DNA of 62,795 nt, counting the filler, from Bipalium vagum (Eukaryota), in NCBI GenBank assembly GCA_037834085.1. It is 3 parts of 3 records of this genome, joined end to end, with 100 filler letters (N's around TTAATTAATTAA, not from the genome) between each part and the next. Parts side by side here need not be neighbours in the genome. Positions count along the whole stretch, not along the records: positions 1 to 27,163 come from JBBMKC010104587.1; positions 27,264 to 43,484 come from JBBMKC010122133.1; 1 more part is not named here. The stretch is one strand, 5' to 3'. The position numbers and the translations under genes were made by a program. The notes below the pieces were generated by a model. That model was given only the letters and a program-made list of their open reading frames with translations. It searched no databases and was not told where the DNA came from. Positions 14,610-27,935 of the stretch are shown here, in pieces. How positions within the stretch are numbered: position 1 is the first letter of the stretch; each line of letters begins with the position of its first letter.

Positions 14610-16299
14610 TACTAAAAACAAAACATAAAATATCATTTTGGTCTCGATTGGTTTTATTATTTTTTTAAAAAAAATTTAAAAATTATATAAAATGAAAATA
14701 TTTTGTTTATATTAATCAAAAAACTTGTACCTAATGTTAAGAAAAGCCAAAAAAGAATGGTTTTATTTTTCAAATTATTATTTATTTTAATAAATAAACC
14801 TACGTAAATAAAAGACAGACAACGATAACAGAGAGAGAGATAGAGTAAAAAAACAAATAAATAAATAACTCTATTAAATCCCGTGAAAAACTATTTGGGA
14901 CAACCATCAGAAAACTTGAAAACTCACTCTCGGGGTGATAGACCTGATAGCGAGAATGGAAAAAACCCATCGAATAATCCGATGCACTCAATCATTATCT
15001 GCAAAGAAATGAAAACATCGGAAAGAAAAAGAAACAGAAAATTAATCAACAAAATGTCGTCCATTCGCAGCGTTTAATTGAAACACATTGAAACAACACA
15101 AAAATCTCTTCAGCAGATTCACAGTTAATTAACCCCTATAATTGCCTCTTCTCATATACATCATCCATAATGAATTTATGAAACAAATATGTCTGGAAAT
15201 TTTCTATTTTTTCTCTCATTGCTCGTGGAGAAGTATCAGCAAAAAATACTACTGACGACAAGGCCGCTAGCTGTATTGCTTTTAGCTCAGTCGACTTTAT
15301 TATTTATGCCAAACTGACCATATGGTCTTGCTTATGGTTTTCAGTGGGAAATAAATTCACGTTAGATTAATCGTGATTCTGTGGGATGAAATGAAGATGT
15401 TTATTTCATGTCTTTCACATCTGCATATTAATTGATGTGTAAACTTTTACACATTAATCATTCTCTAAGAGCAATCATACAATTTATTTTGGGGGCAAAG
15501 TCGCTCGAAAATTGGCATTTATTGCCTTCTTTTTCTTCGCGAAACGGTGTCGATGTCGGCTTTGATTTCGGTGACATTTCGTACGAAAATATTGAAAATA
15601 AATGAAACATACTTCGGGTAATTATTGTTAATTAAGATTTATAATTAAGACAGATTAATTGTTAATATTTTTAATAAATTTTTCCAAAATAAATATATAT
15701 TTTGTTGTCTAATTTATGTTCGTGAAAAACTGTCGAAAACTTTTAATCATTATTTAAGCCGGGAATTAATATATATAATCAGTTTTCGTTTCACATTTTT
15801 TAATCTTTTATCACATTAATTATTAAATTTAAATAGGTTTTATTTTTTAAAAGAGACTTATATTTTTATATTTTTATATAATTTTATATAATTTTATATT
15901 TATATATTTTTATATATTTTTATATTTTTATATATTTTTATATTTTTTTAATTTTTTAAAAATATTTTATATATTTAAATATTTGTTATATTTATAATCA
16001 ATGATAGCTCTAAAATAATGCTTGTTTTTTAACTTTTTCTTTGACTGAGAGATCTTCTCTAGGTCCATCGTTTTTCTATAAATAATTTTTCTTTTTCAAT
16101 CTTTTACAACTTTTCATTTTGCTTAATTTTAAAAAATTTGCTATTTGGTAAGTAACTTACTAAGACTTTCGTTTTCTATGGTTCTACCAGTTTTCCAATT
16201 TTTTCTCCTAAGTAGATCTGAAAATAATGGATCGTTAGAGGATTATATTTACTTAACTTTCTAAACTATAATTCTGCTAAAAACTAAATAACTTGGATT

Positions 16300-16729
16300 T
16301 AAACAGACTCCAATTCTATTTGCGGTGCAATTTCCAACAATCAGTAAAGCAATACTGTGTATTTATATCACAATATACAAATGGTACTCGCAATCGTCAA
16401 AAGAGTCAAAATAGCAATGATAGCAACCGCGAAATTGTTAAATAAATTGACAAAATTGATACTGATCACCAAATTGTCCAATCCAAAAATCACACAATCC
16501 TTAAACAATCAAATTTAATAATCAAATGATAATACCCAAAATTAAATATCAATTAAATTAATAGTTAATGGAAAATAAATTTTCTTATTAATAAAAAAAT
16601 GAAAATTAAGAAAAATATCTTAATTGATAACCCCTGTCTAAATTCACGAACTATCAGCTGAGCCCTTGCGATTGCTCAGAGATAGCTCTCTGATGGAAAA
16701 CCAAAATACAATCCCCACATTACAAAACC

Positions 16730-16767
<38 letters not shown>

Positions 16768-16830
16768 TGACTCTTTCTAGTGGCTCCTATAATGAACTCT
16801 ACCTGGGTGATGTCTTGAGTAAACCCAACA
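16300..16830 (-). mobile_element. LTR family A copy
   Basis: Minus-strand start TGTTGGGTTTACTC (16830), (AAT)n at 16731-16766, hairpin at 16648-16688, and ataaataca..attgctttactgattgttg block shared with 36170-36200 and 17280-17315. Confidence 0.65.
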
Positions 16831-17199
16831 ATTCCTTGAGTATATAATTGATCAATAGCAATTTATGTTCAAACGTATTATGTCAATAAGATTGAATTTC
16901 TATATTTTACTCAAAATTTTATTGATTATGTCTATACCAAGACGAAATATAAATAAACTATTCATCTTCAGCATCAATAAATAAATATTTTTCTTCATTT
17001 TTATTGGATAAAATAAACATTTTGTTTTAAACATTTGTAAAAGTTACTTTTTATTAATTAAAATAATCTTTTAAGAGAATAGATTTTGATATAAGGGGAT
17101 CTGAAAAATTAGTGTTTTTATAATAACTTATTTATATTTTGTGAAGAATACTTTTTATACTGTGAAATTTATTGTAGAAAATAAATTGTAGGCATTTCA

Positions 17200-17355
17200 G
17201 ATCTTATTGTGATCCCTTTCATTTAGGTTTGAAGATTTTTGTGTTATGGTTATCACTGTGATTTCGTGTGAGACTTGTGGTATAAATACAAATTATTGCT
17301 TTACTGATTGTTGTTATTTTTGCACCATCTAAGAGTTGGAGTCAGGTTGATACAC
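17200..17355 (+). mobile_element. LTR family A 3' fragment, opposite orientation to the 16300-16830 copy
   Basis: gttatcactgtgattt...ataaataca..ttgctttactgattgttgttatt matches the reverse complement of 36165-36240; gagttggagtc matches the reverse complement of about 16306. Confidence 0.6.
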
Positions 17356-17854
17356 TAAATAGTGAAGATGTTTAAAAATTTGTAGAAAACTAATCTTTTA
17401 AATAAAATTTTTTATAATAGAAATAACCAATATATTAATTAAGGAAAATATTGAACATCAATTTATTTCTCTTATTTATTCTGTGTATTAATTTTTGGTT
17501 TCATTTTCTTAAACACTTAAGCACAAAATCTTCTTTCTTCTTCATTATCAAAATTTTATTTTCATTCGCATATTGTGTCTTCTCTATATCTAATCATATT
17601 TAATAAAAATATACACAATAACATAAATTATCATATAATATAAGGTAATCGATTATTTCTTAAGTGTTCCTCATTTTTATCTTTAAATCTTTTATTAGAT
17701 ATGGCAAATATCTTAAAAACATTTTTTCTTTTATTTAGTGATTCTCAAGACAATCATTTTATATTTAGTTTGAAAATAGCAACTTTTCTGATTGAAAAAA
17801 TTATTGTCAGAAATTAATTTATTCAGATCCGCCAAAGGCATAAACCAAAGAGAT

Positions 17855-18426
17855 CGCTAGGGTCGAAGTTAATAATAATGAATATTATTATAAAAGTATT
17901 TTTAATAATAATACTGTATAAAAATATTAATTTTTAAAAAGTAAAATATGAATAAAAATTAACGTTATCTTACTGTCGAGATAAGGTCAAGTCGTAATTA
18001 GGGTGAAAAAATTAATTTATTTCATTTACGGCCGATTCGTGGAAATATAATTTCCGTGAGTAGAAATTGACGGTCGTAGGGACTGGCAGACAACTCGGGG
18101 ACTTATTGAAATTATTTATTATTTAACGTTTTAGTAATCAATTTAATAATTTTTTATTGATCATTGATTCATATATATTCTGATCTAAGATATTGATTGT
18201 GATTTTGTATTTTAGATAATATTTTATTGTGATTTAAAGACATTCAATTCTTGTTTATTAAAATTTTTTTGGTGTTTTATTTTGAAAATAAAGGTTATTA
18301 TGATTAATTTATTAAGTCGTTTTGTGATAATTTGATACATACAGTTAAGCGTATTTTATTAATTTCGATTCACGAATACGGTAATAATTAAGTGAAGGAT
18401 CAGAGAAATAGCATGCACCAGTTACA
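17855..18426 (+). mobile_element. Divergent family-B-like LTR remnant
   Basis: gtcgagat motif, nested hairpin tacggccg/cgtggaaat..atttccgtg/cggtcgta, gacaactcggggac motif, aataaagg polyA-signal region, ends ...GTTACA. Left boundary uncertain and no clear TSD. Confidence 0.5.
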
Positions 18427-19451
18427 CTATGAGTATCTTAGTAACAGTTTAAATTTTGGAACAGAGTTTTAAAGCAAATTTGATATTTTTATATTTATTA
18501 CAAAAATATGTCAATTTTTTAAAAAATCAGTTCGCTTATATTGATTTGAATTAAATGAGAAAAATCATCATTCATGTGAATGTATACATCTAAAATATAA
18601 TTCTCTGTAAATCTTTTTTCTTTCAATTTTATGAATAAATGAAAACCTAAATTTATTTATATATTTCTTTATTGTTCATACTTATAAAACAAAGATTCCA
18701 AGTCTACATAAAATGAAAGTTCGGATTTTACAAAGAATCAAAATTAGTATAATGAATTAGAATAAAAACTTTTTTTTAGAAAAATTGAATTTCTCCATTT
18801 AATTCTTTTTGAAGATAATTAGGGAAAAATTAAATAAATTCCATTTTAATAGGTGTTTTATTATTAATTTCAATTCATTCTGAATAATTCAAATCAAATT
18901 ATTTTCAGCTTCAAATAAAAATGTGATCGCGTAATTGATTCCAAATGAAAAATATTTAAAAATAATGAAAATAATAAAGGCAATAATAATAAAATATCTG
19001 TTAGCTATTAAAAACCGGATTTAAATGAAAAATTATTTAAGAAATTAAATCTTTTGACTGGAGATAAATATTAAATTTACTTTATAAAATTTACTAGAAA
19101 GTCATTTTTTGTTGTATTTTTAAATGTTTCAAATATGAGAAAAATTATATTTTTATTTTAATGTTAAGTTCCTACTAAAAATGATTTTATGGCTTTAAAA
19201 ATATCGAAAATGGACAGCAGAGATTCAACAAAATAACTTTAAATCAGGTTTTATGGAGTGTAATTCAAAACTACTAAAATTCAATAAAACTTCAAAATAA
19301 AAAAACAATCGATTTGTATTAAATACTTTTATATGTAAAAATTTGGGATGACAATGAAATTTAAAAGAGAAATTCTGAAATCATTTCAAAGTTATTCTGT
19401 AATATGTGGAAATGTCCTGAGGTAATTTATCAGTTCTAACTGCTGTCTAAA

Positions 19452-20072
19452 TTAATAACAAAAAGAGAACAATAGTATGTGAAAACAAAGAAATAGCATA
19501 ACATGACCTTCGTTGCTCACAAAATCCAATATCATTAAAGATAATGGAAACTTGGTGTGCATAACATTATGGACTTCAGAAGCACTGGAGCACAGCCATC
19601 GATCGTTCCTCCTACTAACCTTTTGATCTTGAGTAAAAAGTTTTTCATCTGAAAAGAGCCATAGCATGTTTATTGGATGATCAGGATGCTTGATTTTGTT
19701 TAAAAGACACTTCGAGTGGATTAAACGATTTTCTTTGCTTTTTGCCGATACAAAATGTCTTTTCATGACGTAGGACTTGCATTTTAAATCATTTTTGTAC
19801 CGTTCGTCTTTCTGTTGACTAAGAAGCCGATAGTCAATGGGCAATTTCTCTCATTGATGTTCCGGGACTTTCATGAACATCATGCTGGACGTTTTGAACA
19901 AAATTAACATGTCTCACAATGCCTGAAAAAAGTTATCTCTTCCATTTCTAAATTAAAAAATAATTATTTAATGTTGTATCAATAAATATTGCAAATCAAT
20001 TTTAACGCCACTAAAAAAATATCATGATATATTTTAACAAGTTTTGTTCTCAAATAGCTGACACACCCTGTA
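19452..20072 (-). mobile_element. Tc1/mariner-superfamily element, DD37D/maT-like, 5' half
   Basis: LFSDEKLFTQDQKVSRRNDRWL...HTKFPLSLMILDFVSNEG; end TACAGGGTGTGTCAGC. Confidence 0.8.
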
Positions 20073-20224
20073 CATTATATTATATTTTCAAATATTAAGT
20101 TATTTTTTTAATGTTTTTTTGAATTTTACATAAGATTGACCATGACTAAAATTAACAATAACTTTTTTCATAATTTTTTGAAATTTAGGACTTAATTATC
20201 AAACAAAATATATCTTTATAAATA

Positions 20225-20600
20225 TATTTTTCATCACGATGGGACTAGACAACAAACTGCAAAAGTGACACATCAAAATCTCATAGCCTTTCAATGGGAA
20301 ATAATACCTCAGCCTCCATGTATCCGAGGCATCGTGCCATCGGATTACTATTGGTTCCGATTTTTACAATTTTTCCTTGCTGTCAAAAAGTTTGACCGAA
20401 TTCATGATATCGAAACTACCCTGACTCAGTTCTTTAATGTAAACCCTAGCACCTGGTATGACAATGGCATCGAAAGTTTGATCAAACGTTGGCAGGAGGT
20501 TTTAGATGAAATGGAGAATATTTATTGATTGACTTTGTTTTGTTATTTGTATAAATTTAAATCTTTTAAAAAAACGAACTTTCAATTTGAAAATCCTAAT
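20225..20600 (+). mobile_element. Mariner C-terminal remnant
   Basis: FHHDGTRQQTA..WEIIPQPPCIRGIVPSDYYWFRFLQ..GIESLIKRWQEV. Confidence 0.85.
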
Positions 20601-21829
20601 ATAACATACTTTCAAGAAACGTTAATCAATTATTATCTCAAATTTAATTTTAAGAAATGTGACTTTTTGTCAAATTTAAACAATTTAACATAAGAAATTC
20701 ACATACATTTGTTTATTTATATCCAAAAATTATTTGTTCTCTCTTCGAAAATCTTTAACATGATTTGAAAAACTCGTTATTGGTTGAAAAAATAAAAATA
20801 AAAATATAATTAACCTAATTTCATCCTCCATCTGAAAGTAGACTTGCCAGTTAATTGTTTTCGGAAGAGCAAAACATTAATTCCTGTTAAGAGTTAAGAA
20901 TTGGGGAAAATTGATACTGTTGATTTATATTGACAAGTCCCATAATAAGACCGACGTAGCAGCTTCAAGTGATTGATTTCCACAAATGAGAAAATATCAT
21001 AAATTATAAACTCGTCAACTAAAGTAAATAGAACAATGATATTAAAAGTCAATCTTACAAATTAATTTTAATCAAACCAGAAACCCACTGTTACGCATGA
21101 TGTAACCATTGAAGTGCATAAATCATTATCTTGGATAATTCACAGAAACTGTTCAATCAACGTGAAAAAACATTACAGTTTGCTTTAAATGTCAATGACC
21201 CGTGAGAAACGATATGCAACGAGTGGAACTATTCAACATATTTTTGTCTCAAAATAAATTGATGGGAGGTAGTTAACCTATCGGAAATGACATGTGAACT
21301 TAAAGGAAACTTCCTATGTATCTCCATTGGGACATGAAAGATAGTAAAAAGATAACGTTGCTTTATTTGGACAAACTTTTCAGGATATTTTTAACATGTT
21401 TTAATTGCTCCACCCAGTAACTTTGATGATAATTTTATTCTTTGATATAGGAGATGGCTTTAAAATTTATTTTTTGCATAAGAATTTGTCACAGTGGGGT
21501 CGAAAATAATTAGAGCAATTCTTAATATGATTTCCTTGATATTTTTTGGTTATGGAAATCTCCAAATACATCCTAAGTAGGAAAAATTTACTTCAGTTTT
21601 GAATTTGAAAATTAATGAAAAAATTATAAAAATTAATTTCTATTGTTTTAATCTATGAAATGGAACCAATCAAAGGGAGAACAAATAAGTGTTATTATTG
21701 GAGATGTTAAAAGTTGCCTTAATATTAAAAATTGTTGTTACAAAATGAAAACCATTAATTAGGTTTTGTATGTTTTGTTTGTAATTTTTGAAGATCACTT
21801 CAAAATGTTAGTTTAACTATTTAGAGTGT

Positions 21830-22520
21830 GTCAATTGTTTTTTTTGTTTAAAAATTTAAAAGTAATTTATTTTATAGTTAAATAAATTTAAATTAATTGA
21901 GCTTATATTCCTTTTAAGGTAATTAAATGATCTATAAATAGGAAAATAAACTGATGCAAAATAATACTTTGTTTTATATTTTATTTTAGTTCTAATGAAT
22001 ATGGAAAATTTTAAATTCGAACACTTCTTCGACATTATTGGAAAGAAGATTTCAGTGCAATTGCAGAGGCTGAGAAGATATGCGAGGTGGAAAGTGAAAA
22101 TCTTGTGTTAACTTACATAGCTCAAATATGGTTTAAAAATTAATCACGGTAAGAGCGGCCTTCAGGATCAACCACGTTCCTGCAGACTTTAAGAAAGGAA
22201 ATGTGAAAACCTACGCAAATCAGTTGAAGATAATATATCGACTAGTACTAGAAAATTGTCTGAACTTGTCCTTTCATCTGAAAGCTATCAACAGAAGCTA
22301 CAGGGAAATTTTTCATGTTTTAATAGAAAATTAAGAAAATCTCTGGTAACTTTTTTCACCAAATTGTTACCGCAGATGAAAAATAAATCTCTTCAGCAAA
22401 CTTGATTAAAAAAACCAATTGTTAGATATAGGTCAGTTGGCCAAACCAGTTCTAAAAACGTAACGATTATTTGGTGGAATTTTAAAGGTGTTCACTTTGC
22501 AATTATTTCGAGCAAGACAT
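21830..22520 (+). mobile_element. Mariner N-terminal remnant
   Basis: FRTLLRHYWK..AEKICEVE..AQIWFK, LQDQPRS and IVTADEK motifs. Confidence 0.7.
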
Positions 22521-23679
22521 AAGACGCAGATTTTTTTAAATCTTTTCACTATTCTCTAATGGTTTTTATATTTGGTAGTAAGACAAGAAATCTGTTTTAT
22601 TATTTGTTTTTTTCTTCAGTATAAAGTAGAACAGATATTAAATTTTAAAATTATCTAAATTAAATATTATAATTTTAATCCATATTAACAAAGTACCTTA
22701 ATCTACATTTTGTCAGTTTTTATTTCAAAATAAATTTTGCTAATATATATCACATAGTACTCGCATTAAAAAGTTTTTAACAATTCTCACTTTTGTCCAA
22801 TACTAATGTAGATAAATTATAAAAATCATAATCATTTTATTTGAAGATAATTGAGAAGAATATTAAAATTGACTAAAGAAGATCCGACTGAAAAGATTAA
22901 AGCATGTGTCAAGGTTAATTAAATTTTGTGTCCAAAAATGGTTATATATCCATTTTTATATATTCATTTCATATTTATTTATAATTGATTTGTTTAGAAT
23001 AAGTGCCTTGCATTACACTATCATTACCAATTTTTTAACAATTACAAAGAAAAAGGTTTACTATGGCTGCATAATCCTTATAAGATATTATAAGGTATTT
23101 CAATCAATTGATTATAATTCTATTAAAAACGAAGAGATAGGCTGGTTTAAGGTTTTGTTTCAGACTAGATAACGAACACAAAATATTTAAGCAAAACAGT
23201 AACAATTATTATAACCTCGTAATCAGTTACACTTTCAATTATTTTCTCATTTTGTAAAATTTTAACGTCAATCATCAAATTTTGTAACGTTATGATTTCT
23301 ATAATAAAGAAACATTTGATCAAGTGAACAGAACGTCAAGAATTTAAAGGTAAGTTAATTTTGATTCTTGAATTTTTTTTTGTTATTAGAAGAGCTAACC
23401 TGGATTCTAAAAAACTTTGTGCATAACATTTATACGAATAGTAAAACTCTATTAGATGGTCAACTGGTTAAAATGATATTTCAAGATATTAGAAATGAAT
23501 ATATTTTAAAATATTAATAAAAATTTTTTCCATCTGATAAAAACTACACCTCAAAGTAATCTCAAAAATCAATCCATAACTCGGCGATTTTCTTTTATTG
23601 GCTCTTTTTGTGTGATCAAATTTAGAATGAAGTTATTTATATAAGATCATTTATAAAGAACTGACATTTTAATTTATCA

Positions 23680-24720
23680 ATAAAACATATATTTTTACAA
23701 CATTTAGAAACAAATTTAACTTTATTCAAAAATACGAGCACAGGTTGACTCTTGTTACAAATTTTTTTATGATATTTTGGTATTGGCCCTATGAAATTTC
23801 AGCCATCGTGTTTCGAATTTCTTCTTTTAGCTCATCAATGGTTGAGGTTTGTTGACGTATACCTTATCTTTAGGATAACCCCAAACAAAGTAGTCTAGTG
23901 GCGTCAAGTCACACGACATTGGAGGCCAACTCACATCACCTCGCTTCGAGACAAGACGACCATTAAATTTTGTCCGCAATAACTGCAGTGTTTCCTTGGT
24001 AGAGTAATATGTTACACCGTCTTGTTAAAACCAGATGCCAACCACATTCATACTATCAATTTCATGTAATAGAAAGTTCTAAATCATCTCACGATACCGA
24101 ATATCATTGTCGGTCACTGGTTGTCCAATTTCATTTTCAAAAAAAGATCCAATTAGTCCTTCAGCCCAAAATCCACACCAAATCGTGACCCAATCAGGAT
24201 ACATTGAAAGTCCATAGATTGCTTTTGGATTTTCCGAACCCCAAATTCGACAATTTTGCCTATTGACATGGTCGCTGCGATAAAAATATGCCTCATCGCT
24301 AAAAATGGTTTTTTTCGAAAATCCTTCATCATGTTGTTCATGTTTTAAAACCCAACTTGCAAACTCTCAACGACTTTCATGATCTTTTAGTTTCAATTCT
24401 TGTGCCAATTGAATCTTGTAAGCATGCAAATGCAGGTCTTCCCTTAAAATTCCTAGAAGAGAACTTTTGGAAATTCCAATTTGTTGACTGCGATTACCAA
24501 TTGATGTGGAACTATCTTTTGAACACTTTGACTTACAGAAGCTATAATTTCAGTCGTACGAGAACCACTTAATTCAAATTTTCTTATGAAATCTACCACG
24601 GTGTTGCGACAAGGTGCATCACGATTACCAAAAACAGTCCTGTCTTTTCAAATTGTTTCGACAAAACATGACCCATTTTCATAATTAATTTTGACAATTT
24701 GTATGCGTTGCTGAATTTTA
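23680..24720 (-). mobile_element. Decayed DD41D-like (rosa/VS group) Tc1/mariner element
   Basis: FSDEAYF..HVNRQNCRIWGSENP and GDVSWPPMSCDLTPLDYFVWGY.KDKVYVNKP. Confidence 0.85.
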
Positions 24721-25009
24721 TAATTTTGCATTTTGAAATATCAAAAAATTTATAGATATTATTAAAACAAATATATATGCAATGGTATTTTTGCAATAAA
24801 AATTATAGCCAATTTATAATGTCGATTCTTTATGAATGACCATGTATATATAACCGAACTTTTGATTTAAATCATATAGTAAAAGTTTAATTTTTTTAAA
24901 CTAATGTTTAATTTAAAATTACATTATCCATCTTTGAAAATCATCATTATTTATTTTATTCGGATAACAGGTTTGAATTCTATTTTCATTTAAATAAAGA
25001 TCTATATTA

Positions 25010-25810
25010 TGCTTATGTCATAGATTTACAATGGAAAAAAGAGCAAATATTAAATTTTCTTTTAAAATCTGGAAAAGTTTTACAGACTTATGAATTGCTG
25101 CAAAAAGTTTATGTTGATGATCGTATGTTTTGTACACAAGTTTATACATGTTTGTGACTGTGAGAATGTTAGTAGAAGAATTAAATATGTCCATACCAGT
25201 TGGACAATTTTAGCGAAATATTGGAATAAAAAAAATTTTGTGCCAAGTTTGTTCCCCATGCATTAAATGTAGACTAAAATATAGCTCGTGTTGAATATTG
25301 TAAAGATCTCATCAACACTGTTGAAAAATATCCTGATTATATTGAATCAGTTATAACTGGTGATGATACGTGGTGTTTCAACTATGATTCACAAACCAAG
25401 CGTCACAGTAGAAAATGGAAGTTAGTAAATGAGCCGAAACTCAAAAAATTGCGTTTTCAAAAGTCAAGAATTAAGACAATGCTTATTACTTTTTATGATT
25501 CAAAAGGTATAGTAAATAAGGAATTTGTTCCTATTAATAATGAATATTATTTAAATGTTTTACATCCCTTGAGATCAAGAATTTTTTCGATTTAGGCCGG
25601 AATATCAAGAAAAGTTATTTTTATTGCACTATAATGCCCCGACCCACAAGACCTTAAAAGTTTGTGAATTTTTGTCAAAAAAAAATTTTTCATCGGACAT
25701 CCACTATATTCAACTGCTCTATCATCATGTGACTGTTTTCTATTCCCAAAACTGAAATTGGCATTGAAAGGTGTATTTTATGATGATGTTCAAGATATAT
25801 TTATAAAGAT
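25010..25810 (+). mobile_element. Decayed mariner transposase
   Basis: CAKFVPHAL, VITGDDTWCFNYD, KSRIKTMLITFYDSKGIV, LHYNAPTH and HPLYSTALSSCDCFLFPKLK. Confidence 0.88.
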
Positions 25811-27163
25811 AAAAAATTATAAGATAAAAATAAGTGCCAAAATACTCAACAATATTTATTTCAAATCAACACCAAATAATAACAGTATTTTAAAAAGTTT
25901 ACTCCTCCTAAACATCACTTTCATGGTCATGAAAAGACCAACCGTTCATGTTGTACGATCAATATTAATTCTTCTCAATTTGTAAAAATTAAATGTTTGA
26001 TTGAATAAATGAAAAATAAAAGAATTTAAATATGAACCACGTAAAAGATTGGCAATTTTTGAGTTTCAAAAAAAATGAAACGGTTTGAATTAGTGAATTA
26101 ATCCTGAAGTAGGTAAAATTTGAGCTAAAGTTTCGTTTTCTAAATCACAATTTTATATTTCTTTGATTTAAACAAGAAATAAAATACGATTTATAAATAA
26201 TAGATAAAATTCTCTATTCTGAAAACTGTATGAATAAGTGAAAGAAATAATATTTAACTTGAACATACCACAATAAAATATTTTATTACAATAGTAAAAT
26301 ATTTTCATTCATTGGTTTAACTTATTTCATTTGTTAAATGTTCAATTTTATTTCTCACAGTGTTCAATACACAATTACCGAAGTGATAGGAAAAGAATAA
26401 GAAACAAGTAAATAAATGCATTTCATAAACAATGAGCCTAATCAGACCGCAACACTTGTATATTTTTTTATTTATATTTTCCTACTTCTGAAAATTAAGT
26501 GTGATTTAAAAAATAATTTTTCTTAATCCTATTTTACTTGTTAAATATATTTTAATTGTTTTTAAATAATTATTTATATATAAATATATATATAATTAAA
26601 AATATTACTATTTAATTATAATTAAAATTAAGTATTTTTAAAAATATATTAAGTATTATTAAATATGAAAAATAACTTTAATACTGACGAAGTACGAAAA
26701 ATATGTGAATCATTAATAAATAAAAATCTGAAGCCAAAAATTAATTCACAAGATGGAGAAAGCAGAAATCAATGGATGATTAATGATTTTTTTGATTAAT
26801 ATTTTAGAAGAATTTAAGTAATTTTTAAAGATTTGAAAATGTTTAGAATTAAAAGTTTTTTTATACTTTTATCCAATAATAAAAAAGATATTTTTACAAA
26901 AATCATGACAGTGATATCATTTGAAGATAATGGAGAATAATAATAAAATTAACTGAAGAAGATCTGAATAAAAAGATCAAAACATACATCAAGGTAGTAT
27001 TATAAATAAAATTTCGTGTGTTCAAAATTTTTTTAAAACAAGCGTGTATTTGAAAAAATAATTATTGATCAGCAGATTAATATACGTAAATCGGGAAAAT
27101 TATCAGTAAAACAAAAGCCGAATATATTTTAGTAATGATCAAGCAAATTATAAAATTTATTTA

Positions 27164-27263
27164 NNNNNNNNNNNNNNNNNNNNNNNNNNNNNNNNNNNNN
27201 NNNNNNNTTAATTAATTAANNNNNNNNNNNNNNNNNNNNNNNNNNNNNNNNNNNNNNNNNNNN
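27164..27263. other. Artificial contig-joining spacer
   Basis: Exactly 44 N + TTAATTAATTAA (stops in all six frames) + 44 N = 100 nt. Confidence 0.97.
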
Positions 27264-27935
27264 CAATAAAGTATAAAGTTGATTGATGCACTCAATAAAG
27301 TTTTAGGATGGCTTTGATGATTGGACTCCAGATGATTGAATTCCTCGTAGTTGGACTTCAGAGGATTGAGCTCCTCGTAGTCTCTACATATACAACATAT
27401 ATATTTTTTTTATAAACATGGATACAATTTTCAATAATAACAAGTGCAGAAGAGAAGAATAATTTGATGATGATAAAAATTGTCAGAAACACAATAGACA
27501 CAATTTTCGACAATAGCAAGTATACAAGGAGAAGAATAATTCAATAAAAATTGTCAGATACACAAATAATGTTAATTTATTGATAAAGTATCTCAGGCTA
27601 AACAGAAATTCAGGCTAAACAGACAGACCTTCTGACTGTCTGAACTGGTTGAGGCTGTACTTATTTTTGGTCCTGCTGGTCCTGTTATTGTTTGTCGTCT
27701 TAGTCTCCACATATACATATATTTTGAAAAATGCTAAAAATGGAGCAAAAAATTTTAACTCAAAAATGGCCATTCCTACCCACCTGAAGCCAATCCTAAA
27801 ATCAAATATCTCAAAATGTCGCCATTCCTGACAAGAATTAAAGAAGGGAATACGGATAGAATACACTTTGTGTTATACCTTAACAAAGTAACCTACACTC
27901 GCAAATCATCAAAAAAACAAGTCCTCTCCATACGA

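Noticed and set aside
26675-26700. CTGACGA-agtac-GAAA hammerhead-like core (also CTGATGA near 2845, 35847 and 51131)
   Set aside because: No pairing stems I-III or properly placed cleavage triplet; the 2845 instance is mariner coding sequence.
27208-27219. TTAATTAATTAA palindrome flanked by Ns (also 43529-43540)
   Set aside because: Assembly linker with six-frame stops, not biology. Adjacency across it is unproven.
27300-27625. Possible CRISPR-like array
   Set aside because: Only adjacent two-copy duplications with no unique spacers and no cas genes, in a eukaryotic context.
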